This document shows, piece by piece, positions 26,230 through 35,297 of a DNA stretch of 51,538 bases. The notes under the pieces are model-generated. The model did no database searches. It had not been told where the DNA came from and saw only the letters and a list, made by a program, of their open reading frames with translations. The DNA comes from a virus. Taxonomy: Duplodnaviria; Caudoviricetes. The stretch covers positions 1-51,538 of IMG/VR virus record IMGVR_UViG_3300014613_000006. One strand, written 5' to 3'. Position numbers and translations under genes: made by a program. Positions within the stretch are counted from its first letter, which is position 1, and each line of letters begins with the position of its first letter.

Positions 26230-28464
26230 TTATGCTGTGATGGCAGTACGGCGGCTCAGGGCCATGACGTTCCAGCCTTCGATGCTGACCACCTGGGGCT
26301 CCGTGTGGCACGCGGCCACGAGAACCTGCATCTCGCCCTCGACGTGGCGCAGGGCACCGGCGAGGCGATCCATGTGGTCTTTGTCCAACTCGGCGGCCTC
26401 AATCAGCAGGAGCTTCAACGGGGGGTCCGCCAGCTTGACCAGACTGTACGCCAGGGCCGCCAGGAAGATCGTGCTTTCGCCACCTGATAACCCAGCCAGC
26501 GATACCCGTTGCCCGTCGCACACCCAGCCCAGTTCAAAGATCGCCGTGCCCCGCTCGTTTGCAAGGGCGCAGTATGCGGCGCATCCCGGCATGGCAGCTT
26601 TGAGGATCGAAGCCATGTTGTTGATCAGGGGCGCGACGAGAGAGTGCATCAGGGCTTCGCGGCATGCCTTCGCCGCCAGTTCCACGGCCTTGCCCATCTC
26701 GACGCTTGCAGTGGCTCCCTCCGCATCAGCCGAAGCGTTGTGCAGCATCTTGCTGGCCTCGGCCGTTCGCGTGGCTGCGGAGATGGATGCTTCGAGTTGG
26801 CCTATCCGCTCGCGCAGCGCCTCCCGCTGCTGCTCCAGCGTTTCCGTCGGCACAAGGCCACCCTCGGAGTCGAGAGCGTTCAAGCGAGACTCTGCGTCGG
26901 CTCGGGCCTTTTTCCTCCGGTCGATCTGGTCGGCGAGTTGTGCCAACTGCTCTGCCCGCCGCTGGCACTGCGAGCGAAGCTGGCCGCCCTCCTGCCCCAG
27001 GTCGCGGATCTCGTTCTGGACTCGCGACTGCTCGGCCAATACCTTGCCAGCCTCCCCCTCGGCATCGTGCCACGCCTCGACCGCTGCGGTGCAATCCTGT
27101 CGGGCGGCGTCCTTGTCGCCAAGGGCAACCTGGGCCACGTTCATGGCGGCCTTGATCTGTATCTGGACTGCGCCGTGCTGCTCACGCAGTCGCTCGATGC
27201 GGCTCGGGTCGGCCTGCTCACCGAGTACCAAGTCCAACTCGGCGACGGCCTGCGCCACGTCGGAATTGGCGGGCTGGTCTTGCAGACCTACCTTGATCCG
27301 CTGCCAGGACTGGAGTGCCCGCGTCCACGGGGCCTGCTCCAGTGCCGCGATGCGGACCAATATCTCCCGTGACTGGCCGGCGAGCTTCTCGTGCTCGTTC
27401 GCCGCGGCCGAGGCGGCTTCGGTGGCATCATCTCGTCGCTTCTCAGCATTGATCGCGTCCTGCCGCAAGCGAGCAATGCGCTCACTGTCAACCTCTGGAA
27501 GCGTCTCGCGGAGATCAGCCGCCTGTTGTTCTACGGCCAGGGCATGGGCCATGTGACCCGTGTACTCTACGTCGAGGCTCATCAGCTCGCGGTATTGCTT
27601 TTCGCCAGCAGCGACCTGCTCGGCGAGCATGTCCATCTGGTCGGCGAGGCTCGTCCGCGCAGTCGCCCGGCCCTCCTGGTTGGCGATCTGGCCGACCAGC
27701 TCGGCATCTTGGTGCCGCGCCTTCTGGAGATCCTCCTGGAGCTGCTCCACGCTGCCACCGATAGGCGGCGCGTCCGCCGGGCCCTCGCTCAAATGGCGAG
27801 CAGCCTGGTGAGCAGCGTCAGCCTGTTGCTTCGCTTGATTCGCCTTCGAGCGGGACCAGGAGATCGCTACGTCGGCCGCTGACGCACGGTCGCTGCAATG
27901 GCTGACGACCGCCGGCAGTTGAGCCAGATAGCTGTTCAGGGCCAGCGTCTCTGCGGGCGACGCGTGCGCGCTGTCGATGTGGTTGTTGATGGCCTGCACG
28001 AACTCGTGGACGTCAAAATCACCGGACGCCTTGGCGCACAGCTCGACGACAGCCGCCCGCTGTTTCTCTAGCGAGAGCGACGTGAACGCTGCCACGTCCC
28101 ACATCGGGGCGAAGTCGCCGACGATCTCACCCAGTCGCTCTTGCACGCGGCGCGTGCCTTTTTCGTTGACGCCGGCCACGAAGAGGTCTTGGCTGACGGT
28201 TGTGCCATTTGACCGCACATGCCGTTCGATCAGCCGACCATCATTCAACGTCACCGAGACCGAGCACCGGCCGTTAGCAGCGTAGAGCAGGGCGGCATCG
28301 TTCTTCGAGCCAGCCGGAGTCACCCCCGTGATGGCAAACCTCGTAGCCAGCAGTCGGGCCGTCTTGCCCGAGCCGTTTGGCCCGAGCAGGAGATTGAGCT
28401 GGCCGAGCTTCTCGCTTGCGGTCACGCCCTTGAAGGCGTTCAGGGCAAGGCTGTCGATGTGCAT
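26230..28464 (-). CDS. SbcC/Rad50/SMC-like ABC ATPase with long coiled coil
   Basis: AFKG, LLGPNGSGKT, long coiled coil, LSGGE signature, variant Walker B LLLIEAAELD, terminal H. Confidence 0.88.
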   Translation of the reverse strand: MHIDSLALNAFKGVTASEKLGQLNLLLGPNGSGKTARLLATRFAITGVTPAGSKNDAALLYAANGRCSVSVTLNDGRLIERHVRSNGTTVSQDLFVAGVNEKGTRRVQERLGEIVGDFAPMWDVAAFTSLSLEKQRAAVVELCAKASGDFDVHEFVQAINNHIDSAHASPAETLALNSYLAQLPAVVSHCSDRASAADVAISWSRSKANQAKQQADAAHQAARHLSEGPADAPPIGGSVEQLQEDLQKARHQDAELVGQIANQEGRATARTSLADQMDMLAEQVAAGEKQYRELMSLDVEYTGHMAHALAVEQQAADLRETLPEVDSERIARLRQDAINAEKRRDDATEAASAAANEHEKLAGQSREILVRIAALEQAPWTRALQSWQRIKVGLQDQPANSDVAQAVAELDLVLGEQADPSRIERLREQHGAVQIQIKAAMNVAQVALGDKDAARQDCTAAVEAWHDAEGEAGKVLAEQSRVQNEIRDLGQEGGQLRSQCQRRAEQLAQLADQIDRRKKARADAESRLNALDSEGGLVPTETLEQQREALRERIGQLEASISAATRTAEASKMLHNASADAEGATASVEMGKAVELAAKACREALMHSLVAPLINNMASILKAAMPGCAAYCALANERGTAIFELGWVCDGQRVSLAGLSGGESTIFLAALAYSLVKLADPPLKLLLIEAAELDKDHMDRLAGALRHVEGEMQVLVAACHTEPQVVSIEGWNVMALSRRTAITA

Positions 28465-28482
28465 GGTGGACCTTTCTAGCGA

Positions 28483-29838
28483 CTACTTGTGTGACTTGTT
28501 GCTACGACCCGAACCCCTGGCGGGCGGCTCCATCTGCGGCATCGGCCCGTCGTCTGGCAAAAGGCTCTCCTGCTGCTCTGGCTTCGGCGCGGGCTTGAAG
28601 GCCTGCTTTTGCACGGTCTTGAGCTTCGCGTCTTCCAGATACGTTTTCACCCCGGCCAGAACCTCGGGATCCTCGCACTCGGACAGCGTCTGCCAGGAGC
28701 TCAGGCCATGCTCGACCAGCGCCTCTTCCGTGGCGTCCGGGCCTACCTGCCGACTCAGCTCACGGATCTTGGCCCGCAAAGCCTGCAAGTCGGCCTGGGG
28801 CTCCGGGGGCGCAGCCGGCGGCGGGGCGACACCAGCCGGCTCGTTCACGTCCGCAGGATCGAACGGCGGGCGCGAATCCTCGTCCTCCTGGCCGGCGAGC
28901 GCGGCGTCGATGTCGTCCTTGTCGTCAACCTCCTGGGCTTGCCGAACGACCTCAACGGGCTCGCCGCCGGGCAGGGGATTCCCGCGTTCGGCCGCTGCCG
29001 CAATCCGACCGATGGCGTGAAGATCCTGATCGGGCTGGATCCAGCCAACGACAGGGACGGTCATGTCGCTCTGGTTGGGCATCGCCACCGCCAGGAAGGT
29101 TCGTAGGATGTTCCGCCGGCAGATGGTCTGCGCGTTTCTCTCGGCGAACTTCTGCCGGCCGATATGCTCATTGAAGCAATCGATAACGTCGGGGTGCGTG
29201 AGGTCGAGGACCAGGGTGACGCCGCCAGGGCAGGGCACGGCGATGTGCGTGATGTCGAGCTCCGTCTTGGGGACCGCGACAGTCGGAAACAGTTGCCCCC
29301 AGCTCTTCGGCTTGTCGTTCCTGCGGCCTCGCCACTTGCTCCACAGATCCTGGGCGAAGTACGTGCGCAGGTTGTAGGTGATAGTCAGGTCATGGCAGAC
29401 CAGGTTGCCGACGGCGTTGCGGCCGATGCCAATGAACCGCACCTGGACGTAGACGATCTCGTCGCCGTCCCTGTGCATGTAGGGGTTCGGGCGTAACTGG
29501 TTGGGACCTTGCTCGCCCGTGCTGATGTGGTCGGGCTTGTAGAAGCTGATGCCGACGAACTGGTTGAGCTTGTCGTAGCCGAGCGCTGTGATCTGCTGCA
29601 CCGTTGCCCATTGCTTGGTCTCAGGATTGCGCACCGACATACCGAACGTCTCTTTGTGGCCCGGACGCAGCCGAATCCGAGTCTGCAAGGCGCGAACCGT
29701 CTTGCCGTCGGCGCTAAGTTTCGCGAGTCCCGTTACGGGGGCATCGTCAGGTGAGGAGCCAGGGAACACGACGATCTGCACGCGCTCCCGCGGAGCAGGG
29801 CGTTCGGTACGTGCGGGGAGAGTTTCAGTCTGAGCCAC
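28483..29838 (-). CDS. Putative single-strand annealing / recombination protein
   Basis: GAGGTG RBS and GTG start; globular N-domain (GYDKL, KFAERNAQTICRRNIL) plus acidic Pro-rich tail; upstream of the ATPase and helicase. Function is inferred. Confidence 0.45.
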   Translation of the reverse strand: MAQTETLPARTERPAPRERVQIVVFPGSSPDDAPVTGLAKLSADGKTVRALQTRIRLRPGHKETFGMSVRNPETKQWATVQQITALGYDKLNQFVGISFYKPDHISTGEQGPNQLRPNPYMHRDGDEIVYVQVRFIGIGRNAVGNLVCHDLTITYNLRTYFAQDLWSKWRGRRNDKPKSWGQLFPTVAVPKTELDITHIAVPCPGGVTLVLDLTHPDVIDCFNEHIGRQKFAERNAQTICRRNILRTFLAVAMPNQSDMTVPVVGWIQPDQDLHAIGRIAAAAERGNPLPGGEPVEVVRQAQEVDDKDDIDAALAGQEDEDSRPPFDPADVNEPAGVAPPPAAPPEPQADLQALRAKIRELSRQVGPDATEEALVEHGLSSWQTLSECEDPEVLAGVKTYLEDAKLKTVQKQAFKPAPKPEQQESLLPDDGPMPQMEPPARGSGRSNKSHK

Positions 29839-29851
29839 GTTAACACCTCTC

Positions 29852-30275
29852 AAAAAAACGACCGGGGGCGGGCACGCATGACCCGACTCATGTCGGTATA
29901 AGACAGGCCGCCCCCAGCCCCAGTAGATGCCAAATGCGTCCTGGCGCCGCCATTGGACAAACGCCAGGACGCCAACCAGAGGGGTAACCGACCGGCGCGC
30001 ATCCGACGCGCCGACGGGTAAAAGCCAAAGCCCCGAGCCGGCACATAGCGCGTGTGACCGGCCCAGGGTCGGGCGAAAGTATCTGTTGACTTGAGTAGCT
30101 CATGTCGGTCCCACAGTGGCAGGGGGCCGGCGGCTTTTCAGCGACGTAGCCTCGGGCTTCCTCCTGCGCCCTTGCCGCCGGCCCCCCATATCGCGGAGCC
30201 CTAGCTCCGGTCGCAGACAAACCAAGGGCCGGCGCGCCGTGCCACCGGCCCGTTGGCGGAGGGGAAAAGAAGCTA
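29852..30275 (-). ncRNA. Long hairpin-rich non-coding leader ending in a terminator-like stem plus U7
   Basis: Perfect stems 30122-30134/30174-30186 (13 bp) and 29936-29946/29962-29972 (11 bp); GGGGGCGG/CCGCCCCC followed by T7; 11-mer repeat at 29887 and 30099. Confidence 0.5.
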
Positions 30276-30315
30276 TGAACAAGATCCATCGAACTTCCAC
30301 TCGCTGCTTCAGTTG

Positions 30316-30674
30316 CTATTTCAACATGTTCGCAGGTGACAACGTCACCTCAATGATCCGATCGTTTTGGTTGAGGTGTGCCCTGTAGGCATGGCCAATG
30401 CAATCGGGAAACCGCTTGGCAATCTCGCTACATGACACCGAAGTCGTTTGCCTGGTTCTCTTGTCCTTGGCTACGCGCATGCTATATGCGCCAACTTGCT
30501 CATCACTGCCACGCACTAATCGTGGGCCCAAGGCACGCCGATCAGTATCAATCAGTACGTGGACCATGCGAGACTTTGCCACATCGAATGCCTCGGCGCA
30601 ACTGCGGGCACCTTCTCCCAATCCTCGCCATGCCCATGACACACCCGCCGGCTTTGAATGACATTCCAGGCCAT
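30316..30674 (-). pseudogene. Small gene, apparently split across two frames
   Basis: The strong AAGGAG-ATG at 30674 opens only a 40-aa frame (stop 30552); the protein-like part VHVLIDTDRRALG...GAYSMR lies in another frame ending at 30316. Confidence 0.35.
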
Positions 30675-30791
30675 TGATAGACTCCTTATTTGCATTCGCC
30701 GTACTATGCTCGGACGGCCAACCAGCCACGTCGTTGTGCTGGCGGGCCGTGCAAGCACGCGCCTACATCCGCACTGATTCGGATTTCAAAT

Positions 30792-30885
30792 TGTGCCGGG
30801 CAGGACTCGAACCTGCGACCCAGGGTGTTGGCAAGTCGTCACCAGCCAACAGGTCTCCCCACTCTGCCATCTGAGCTACCGGCAC
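30792..30885 (-). ncRNA. tRNA-like RNA with extended, non-canonical anticodon arm
   Basis: Acceptor GTGCCGG/CCGGCAC, D arm GCTC-AGATGGCA-GAGT, T arm GCAGG-TTCGAGT-CCTGC; anticodon region 38 nt instead of 17. Confidence 0.8.
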
Positions 30886-30904
30886 CTATTCGGATTTCAA
30901 AAAC

Positions 30905-31065
30905 TGGGCGTGCCACGATTCGCACGTGGTGCGCTTGCCCCACCTCGCCAGGCGAGCACGGCGTTTGTGCCACTTATGAGGCTTGATGGCCCTACGTTGC
31001 CACCCTGCTTCGGGCAGATCGCAGTACGATGATCTGACCGCCTGGTTGCCCCAGGCGCCACGCCC
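30905..31065 (-). ncRNA. Second tRNA-like RNA (161 nt) with acceptor and T arm but expanded interior
   Basis: Acceptor GGGCGTG/CACGCCC-A, T-like arm CCACG-TGCGAAT-CGTGG, D-position hairpin GCCTGG-GGCAA-CCAGGC. Confidence 0.65.
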
Positions 31066-31131
31066 GTATTCAGATTTCAATCACCTGCCACAGAGGTCAC
31101 AGAGATCCCGTCTCCGTTTCTGCGGTTATTC

Positions 31132-31374
31132 TCATCCCATTGTCGCAGTCCCAACATCGCGTTGACCCATCGGTGATCTCGTCGCCGCAACCGGGGTAGG
31201 GGACGCCGGCTTTTCCGGATCGCGCTTGAGTCCCGCCAGGATCGCATCCTGCACCGGCCTATCTGCCGTTCGGTCATGTCCACAGACCATGCAGATGATT
31301 CGATTGATCCTGTTGTGCCCGCCGCACTGGTCGCACGTCCATTCTCGTTCGTTGATCGCTTCAGCTACGGTCAT
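31132..31374 (-). CDS. RanBP2-like zinc-finger protein
   Basis: WTCDQCGGHNRINRIICMVCG; GAGG RBS. Confidence 0.7.
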   Translation of the reverse strand: MTVAEAINEREWTCDQCGGHNRINRIICMVCGHDRTADRPVQDAILAGLKRDPEKPASPTPVAATRSPMGQRDVGTATMG

Positions 31375-31398
31375 CGTGATGTCCTCAGCTATTAGTTC

Positions 31399-31608
31399 TC
31401 AGTTGCCCGTAGTCCGCTTTTTATACGGCACTCGTTTACAGCACCGACCGCACAACCAGAAGGCGCGTAGGCTATGGTGTGCCTCTTCTTCGGTGACCGG
31501 CCTGGCGCCGATCGGCCCGTGCGGCACAAACGGTGTCGATAGGACACGGTGAAACCCCAGGGGACACAGCAATCGTCGTTTCAGTCGATATAGCCATGAC
31601 TCAGGCAT
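31399..31608 (-). CDS. Small Cys/His protein
   Basis: LLCPLGFH...CGRC; AAGGA upstream. Confidence 0.6.
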   Translation of the reverse strand: MPESWLYRLKRRLLCPLGFHRVLSTPFVPHGPIGARPVTEEEAHHSLRAFWLCGRCCKRVPYKKRTTGN

Positions 31609-31609
31609 A

Positions 31610-32101
31610 TCAGCATCCTTCCTCTATTCCCCGGCGGGCGGGTCGCCGGGGGGTCCTAACGAGGGTTCTTGCCATTCTCTTGCTCATCATCGTGCCAGCG
31701 GCAGACGCACGGGAGAACGGGCGCCGGGTTTGAAACGCCTCACAGGTATAGACCAACTGATGATTCAGTTCGCCAATCACGTAGCGATACGTGCGCTCGC
31801 CCTCACTCTTAGCCATCACCGCCCCCCCCCAAAACAACGAGACCAACACACCCACCGCCACGATGATCGCCGCCGCGAGCCAGACGATCACCGAGCCGCT
31901 ACGGGATCGTGGTCCACCAACCATGCCGCGCCCCGACTTCCGATCAGCGCTCCAGACCATTGTTCCACCACATGTATCAGCTAGGAACATGACTAAATCA
32001 CGAGCAGCCCGGCAGTTGACGCATCCGAGGTTTCGTCCTAACGGAGTCTTACATATCGAACAGGTGAACGGACCCAAGAGGTGTTCAAGGAGCCTTGTCA
32101 T
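31610..32101 (-). CDS. Hypothetical (Cys-rich + transmembrane + C-terminal module; may be two or three fused genes)
   Basis: ATG 32101 is ATGA-coupled to the upstream stop; contains CSIC..CVNC, a TM helix, a G9 tract and an internal ATG at 31816. Confidence 0.5.
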   Translation of the reverse strand: MTRLLEHLLGPFTCSICKTPLGRNLGCVNCRAARDLVMFLADTCGGTMVWSADRKSGRGMVGGPRSRSGSVIVWLAAAIIVAVGVLVSLFWGGAVMAKSEGERTYRYVIGELNHQLVYTCEAFQTRRPFSRASAAGTMMSKRMARTLVRTPRRPARRGIEEGC

Positions 32102-32485
32102 CGCCGCGGGTGCAGCTCTGTCCGATCCGCCCGGCCCTCCAGCATCCGCGTCCGCAGCTCCAGCTCCTCGGGTGACATGGGGTCGAGGTCGTTCAGGTCG
32201 GCCAGGATCAATTCCAACGTAGCCGTCGGGTCGATCCGCCAGAGCCGGCGCACCTTCAGTAGCGCCGGCCCCAGGGCCTGGCTGACCTTCCGCGGATTCA
32301 CCTGAATGGCTACCGCAGCATCTTTGTCGCTCCAGCCCGTTCGCATCCGTGATCCCGCAGTTGCCCCAGGCGTACAGCGCCGTCAACTGGGCTCGCTGCT
32401 TCGGCGTCACGACCGCGTCGGCCGGCAGGCGAAGCTCCTCCCGGACCTGCTGGTCGATCAGTACGAGTTCGGATTCAAGGCTCAT
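32098..32485 (-). pseudogene. Sigma70 region-4-like HTH regulator interrupted by a +1 frameshift
   Basis: VTPKQRAQLTALY in one frame and GWSDKDAAVAIQVNPRKVSQALGPALLKVRR in the next together form one region-4-like HTH. Confidence 0.55.
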
Positions 32486-32738
32486 TTGGGGGCCTCCGCA
32501 GGCTGAAGAACGGGGTCGGGGGAAGGGGGCGAGGGGCGGGGGGATCCGCCTTCTCAGCTTCTCGCCGGGCCGCGATCCGCGCCGTGGCCTCGATATAGAG
32601 TTGTGATTGACGGGCCATGACTGCCAGAGCGTTGGTGGCGCTCCCGTAGTCGCCGGCCCCTAATTCCTCTGCGGCGTCGAGTACATCGCCGTACTTGCCG
32701 TCGCCCACATCTCGACTCATTCGCAAGTCTTCTAGCAT
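32475..32738 (-). CDS. Cro-position regulator, ribbon-helix-helix-like
   Basis: First gene after a strong promoter; ATG 7 nt from the -10 (leaderless); strand RMSRDV followed by two helices. Confidence 0.55.
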   Translation of the reverse strand: MLEDLRMSRDVGDGKYGDVLDAAEELGAGDYGSATNALAVMARQSQLYIEATARIAARREAEKADPPAPRPLPPTPFFSLRRPPNEP

Positions 32739-32744
32739 GGGATA

Positions 32745-32835
32745 AGTGTACCGCATGTTCACGTCGGTGTCAAACGGTAACAGGCGGGAACAAACGGTTT
32801 CATTGCCTTGCCTTTGTCTAACCTCATGCTAGGGT
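32745..32835. promoter_or_regulatory. Divergent immunity-switch promoters and operators
   Basis: Leftward TTGACA(32773-32768)-17-TACACT; rightward TTGCCT-16-TAGGGT with extended -10 TG; CAAACGGT repeats at 32771 and 32791. Confidence 0.7.
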
Positions 32836-33027
32836 AGTGGTTATGGCCAAGAAAAAACTTGGTGGAGAGGTCCTTGAGGAGCGGGCTGACCATTTTGCGC
32901 GGTGGTGCGAAAAGGTCGGTATGGTGTTGGGCGACAATTAAGATTCCCTCCTGACGACAATTAAAACTCCCTGGCTTTGGCGAGGTTTTCGGCTATCCAG
33001 GTGCTCTTTGGTGGAAAGGAGCACGGG

Positions 33028-34527
33028 ATGGTCAAGGATCAACAGGTCAGGAGGTTATTCACAATGTTGCAGAGGGAGAATTCACAGGCGGTTGCGGCGG
33101 CCAAGGCGGGCATGGACGTCAAGACCGCGCGCAAGTATCGGCGGTTGGGCAAGTTGCCCAGCGAAGTCGCGGTTACTCACAACTGGCGGACCCGGGAGGA
33201 TCCGTTTGCGGAGGTCTGGGAGGAGGTCCGGCAGGAGTTGGCGGTCAACCCGGGTTTGCAGGCCCATACCCTGCTGGCGGCGTTGCAGCGGAAGTATCCG
33301 GGCCGGTTCCAGGATGGGCAGGTGCGGACCCTTCAGCGGCGGATCAAGACCTGGCGGGCGTTGGAGGGACCGGCCAAGGAGGTGTTCTTCTCGCAGGTGC
33401 ATGAGCCAGGGCGGCTCTGCCAGTCGGACTTCACGCACCTGTCGGACCTGGGGATCACCATTGCCGGTCAGCCGTTCGACCACATGCTCTACCACTTCGT
33501 GCTGACCTACTCGAACTGGGAGCAGTGCACGGTGTGCTTCTCGGAGAGCTTTGAGAGCCTGGCGGAAGGCTTGCAGAACGCGCTGTGGGCACTGGGCGGC
33601 GTTCCCGCCGAGCATCGCACGGATCGGCTGAGTGCGGCGGTCAACAACCTGGCGAAGCAACCCGATGAACGTCGCGAACCCGCGTTCACCCGGCGTTACC
33701 AGGCTCTGCTGGAACACTATGGTCTGACCGGCCGGAAGATCCGGACGGGCAAGGCGAACGAGAACGGGGATGTCGAGCAGCGTCACCACCGGTTCAAGCG
33801 GGCCCTCGACCAGGCGTTGATGTTGCGAGGCAGCCGGGACTTTATCAGTCGCGAGGAGTACGAGACGTTCGTGGGTGAATTGATCGACCAGCTGAATGCC
33901 GGGCGGCGTGAACGGCTGGCGGAGGAACTTGCCATCCTGCGTTCGTTGCCCGATCACCGCTACGAGAGTTGCCAGCGATTCGACGCCAGGGTGGATTCGG
34001 GCAGCCTGATCCACGTGGACCGCAACGCCTATTCGGTCACCAGCCGACTGATCAGGGAGAAGGTCGAAGTCCGCCTGTACGTCGAGCACCTAGAGGTCTG
34101 GTACGCCCAGCGACTCGTCGAACGATTACCACGACTTCGGGGCCGCAACAAGCATCGCGTATCGTATCGGCACATCATCGACTGGCTGGTGCGTAAGCCC
34201 GGCGCGTTTGAGCAGTACCGCTATCGTGACGACTTGTTCCCCACCAGCCGGTTCCGCATGGCCTACGACAGCCTCAAGCAGACGCACGGGGATCGTGCGG
34301 CCAAGGCCTATCTCGGCATCCTGTATCTGGCGGCTCGCGAGACCGAGACCGGCACGGACGAGGCGTTGCGGCACCTGCTCAACGAGGGGCAGCCGATCAG
34401 CTTCGAGGCCGTGGAGGCTCTGGTCCGCCGTGGCCAGGAGATCCCGTCGGCCACCCAGGTGACGGTGGATCCTGTGGATCTGGCCGGCTATGACACTCTG
34501 ATGACGGGTCAGGAGGTGGCCTCATGA
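33028..34527 (+). CDS. istA: IS21 transposase
   Basis: N-terminal HTH (GMDVKTARKY), QSDF, RTDRL and ENGDVE DDE motifs; AAGGAG RBS. Confidence 0.95.
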   Translation: MVKDQQVRRLFTMLQRENSQAVAAAKAGMDVKTARKYRRLGKLPSEVAVTHNWRTREDPFAEVWEEVRQELAVNPGLQAHTLLAALQRKYPGRFQDGQVRTLQRRIKTWRALEGPAKEVFFSQVHEPGRLCQSDFTHLSDLGITIAGQPFDHMLYHFVLTYSNWEQCTVCFSESFESLAEGLQNALWALGGVPAEHRTDRLSAAVNNLAKQPDERREPAFTRRYQALLEHYGLTGRKIRTGKANENGDVEQRHHRFKRALDQALMLRGSRDFISREEYETFVGELIDQLNAGRRERLAEELAILRSLPDHRYESCQRFDARVDSGSLIHVDRNAYSVTSRLIREKVEVRLYVEHLEVWYAQRLVERLPRLRGRNKHRVSYRHIIDWLVRKPGAFEQYRYRDDLFPTSRFRMAYDSLKQTHGDRAAKAYLGILYLAARETETGTDEALRHLLNEGQPISFEAVEALVRRGQEIPSATQVTVDPVDLAGYDTLMTGQEVAS

Positions 34528-35297
34528 AGCGATCCGATGATGAGAAGGCTGCCCTCGTGAGTCATTTGAAGGAACTGCATCTGCCCACGATCCGCAGCTG
34601 CTTCGAGGAACTGGCCCGCCAGGCCGAGCAGGAGACGTTGAGCTACGAGCGTTACCTGCTGGCCCTGGCCGAACGGGAGTTGCAGGTCCGTCGGCAGCAC
34701 CACCTGGAACGGCAGTTGCGGGATTCACGGCTGCCGATGGATAAGGACTTGACCAGCTTCGACATGAAGCGGTTACCGGCCAAGCTGGCCCGGCAGGTCA
34801 AGAGCCTGCTGAACGGCTCGTTCGTGGGCCGCCGGGAGAACCTCCTCGCGTTCGGGACGGTGGGTAGTGGCAAGACGCATCTCTTGTGCGGGATCGCCCA
34901 CGAACTCGTTCGTCAGGGCCGTAAGGTGTACTTCAGAAGCTGCGGCCTGCTGGTGCAGGAACTCTTGGCCGCCAAGCGGGACCTGAAGCTGAGCCGACTG
35001 ATCAAGAAGCTGGCCAGGTACGAGGCGATCGTCATCGACGATCTGGGCTACGTGCAGCAGAGCCGGGAGGAGATGGAGGTGCTGTTCACCCTGCTGGCCG
35101 AGCGGTACGAGCGGGGCAGCGTCATGATCACCAGCAACCTGCCGTTCTCCAAGTGGGAGGCCATCTTCAAGGACCCCATGACCACGGCGGCGGCCATCGA
35201 CCGGCTGGTGCATCACTGCGTGATCCTGGAGCTGAACATCTCCAGCTACCGGATGGAGCAGGCCAAGAAGAACCGCCCCGACGCCTCGGCGGCGTGA
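34524..35297 (+). CDS. istB: IS21 helper ATPase
   Basis: GTVGSGKTHL, IVIDDLGY, ERYER, TSNLPFSKW, AAIDRLVHH. Confidence 0.96.
   Translation: MKRSDDEKAALVSHLKELHLPTIRSCFEELARQAEQETLSYERYLLALAERELQVRRQHHLERQLRDSRLPMDKDLTSFDMKRLPAKLARQVKSLLNGSFVGRRENLLAFGTVGSGKTHLLCGIAHELVRQGRKVYFRSCGLLVQELLAAKRDLKLSRLIKKLARYEAIVIDDLGYVQQSREEMEVLFTLLAERYERGSVMITSNLPFSKWEAIFKDPMTTAAAIDRLVHHCVILELNISSYRMEQAKKNRPDASAA

Larger units (their letters stand above)
30776..31080 (-). promoter_or_regulatory. Three copies of boxA-like TTGAAATCYGAAT(A/C)
   Basis: Copies at 31067-31080, 30887-30900 and 30776-30789, each immediately 5' of a structured RNA on the minus strand. Confidence 0.7.

Noticed and set aside
24375-28464. 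Gabija, Wadjet or Lamassu defence system
   Set aside because: No TOPRIM, kleisin/KITE or effector gene; the genes sit in the core replication operon.
30792-30885. Ordinary decoding tRNA or tmRNA
   Set aside because: No 7-nt anticodon loop on a 5-bp stem; no G3-U70 pair or tag ORF.
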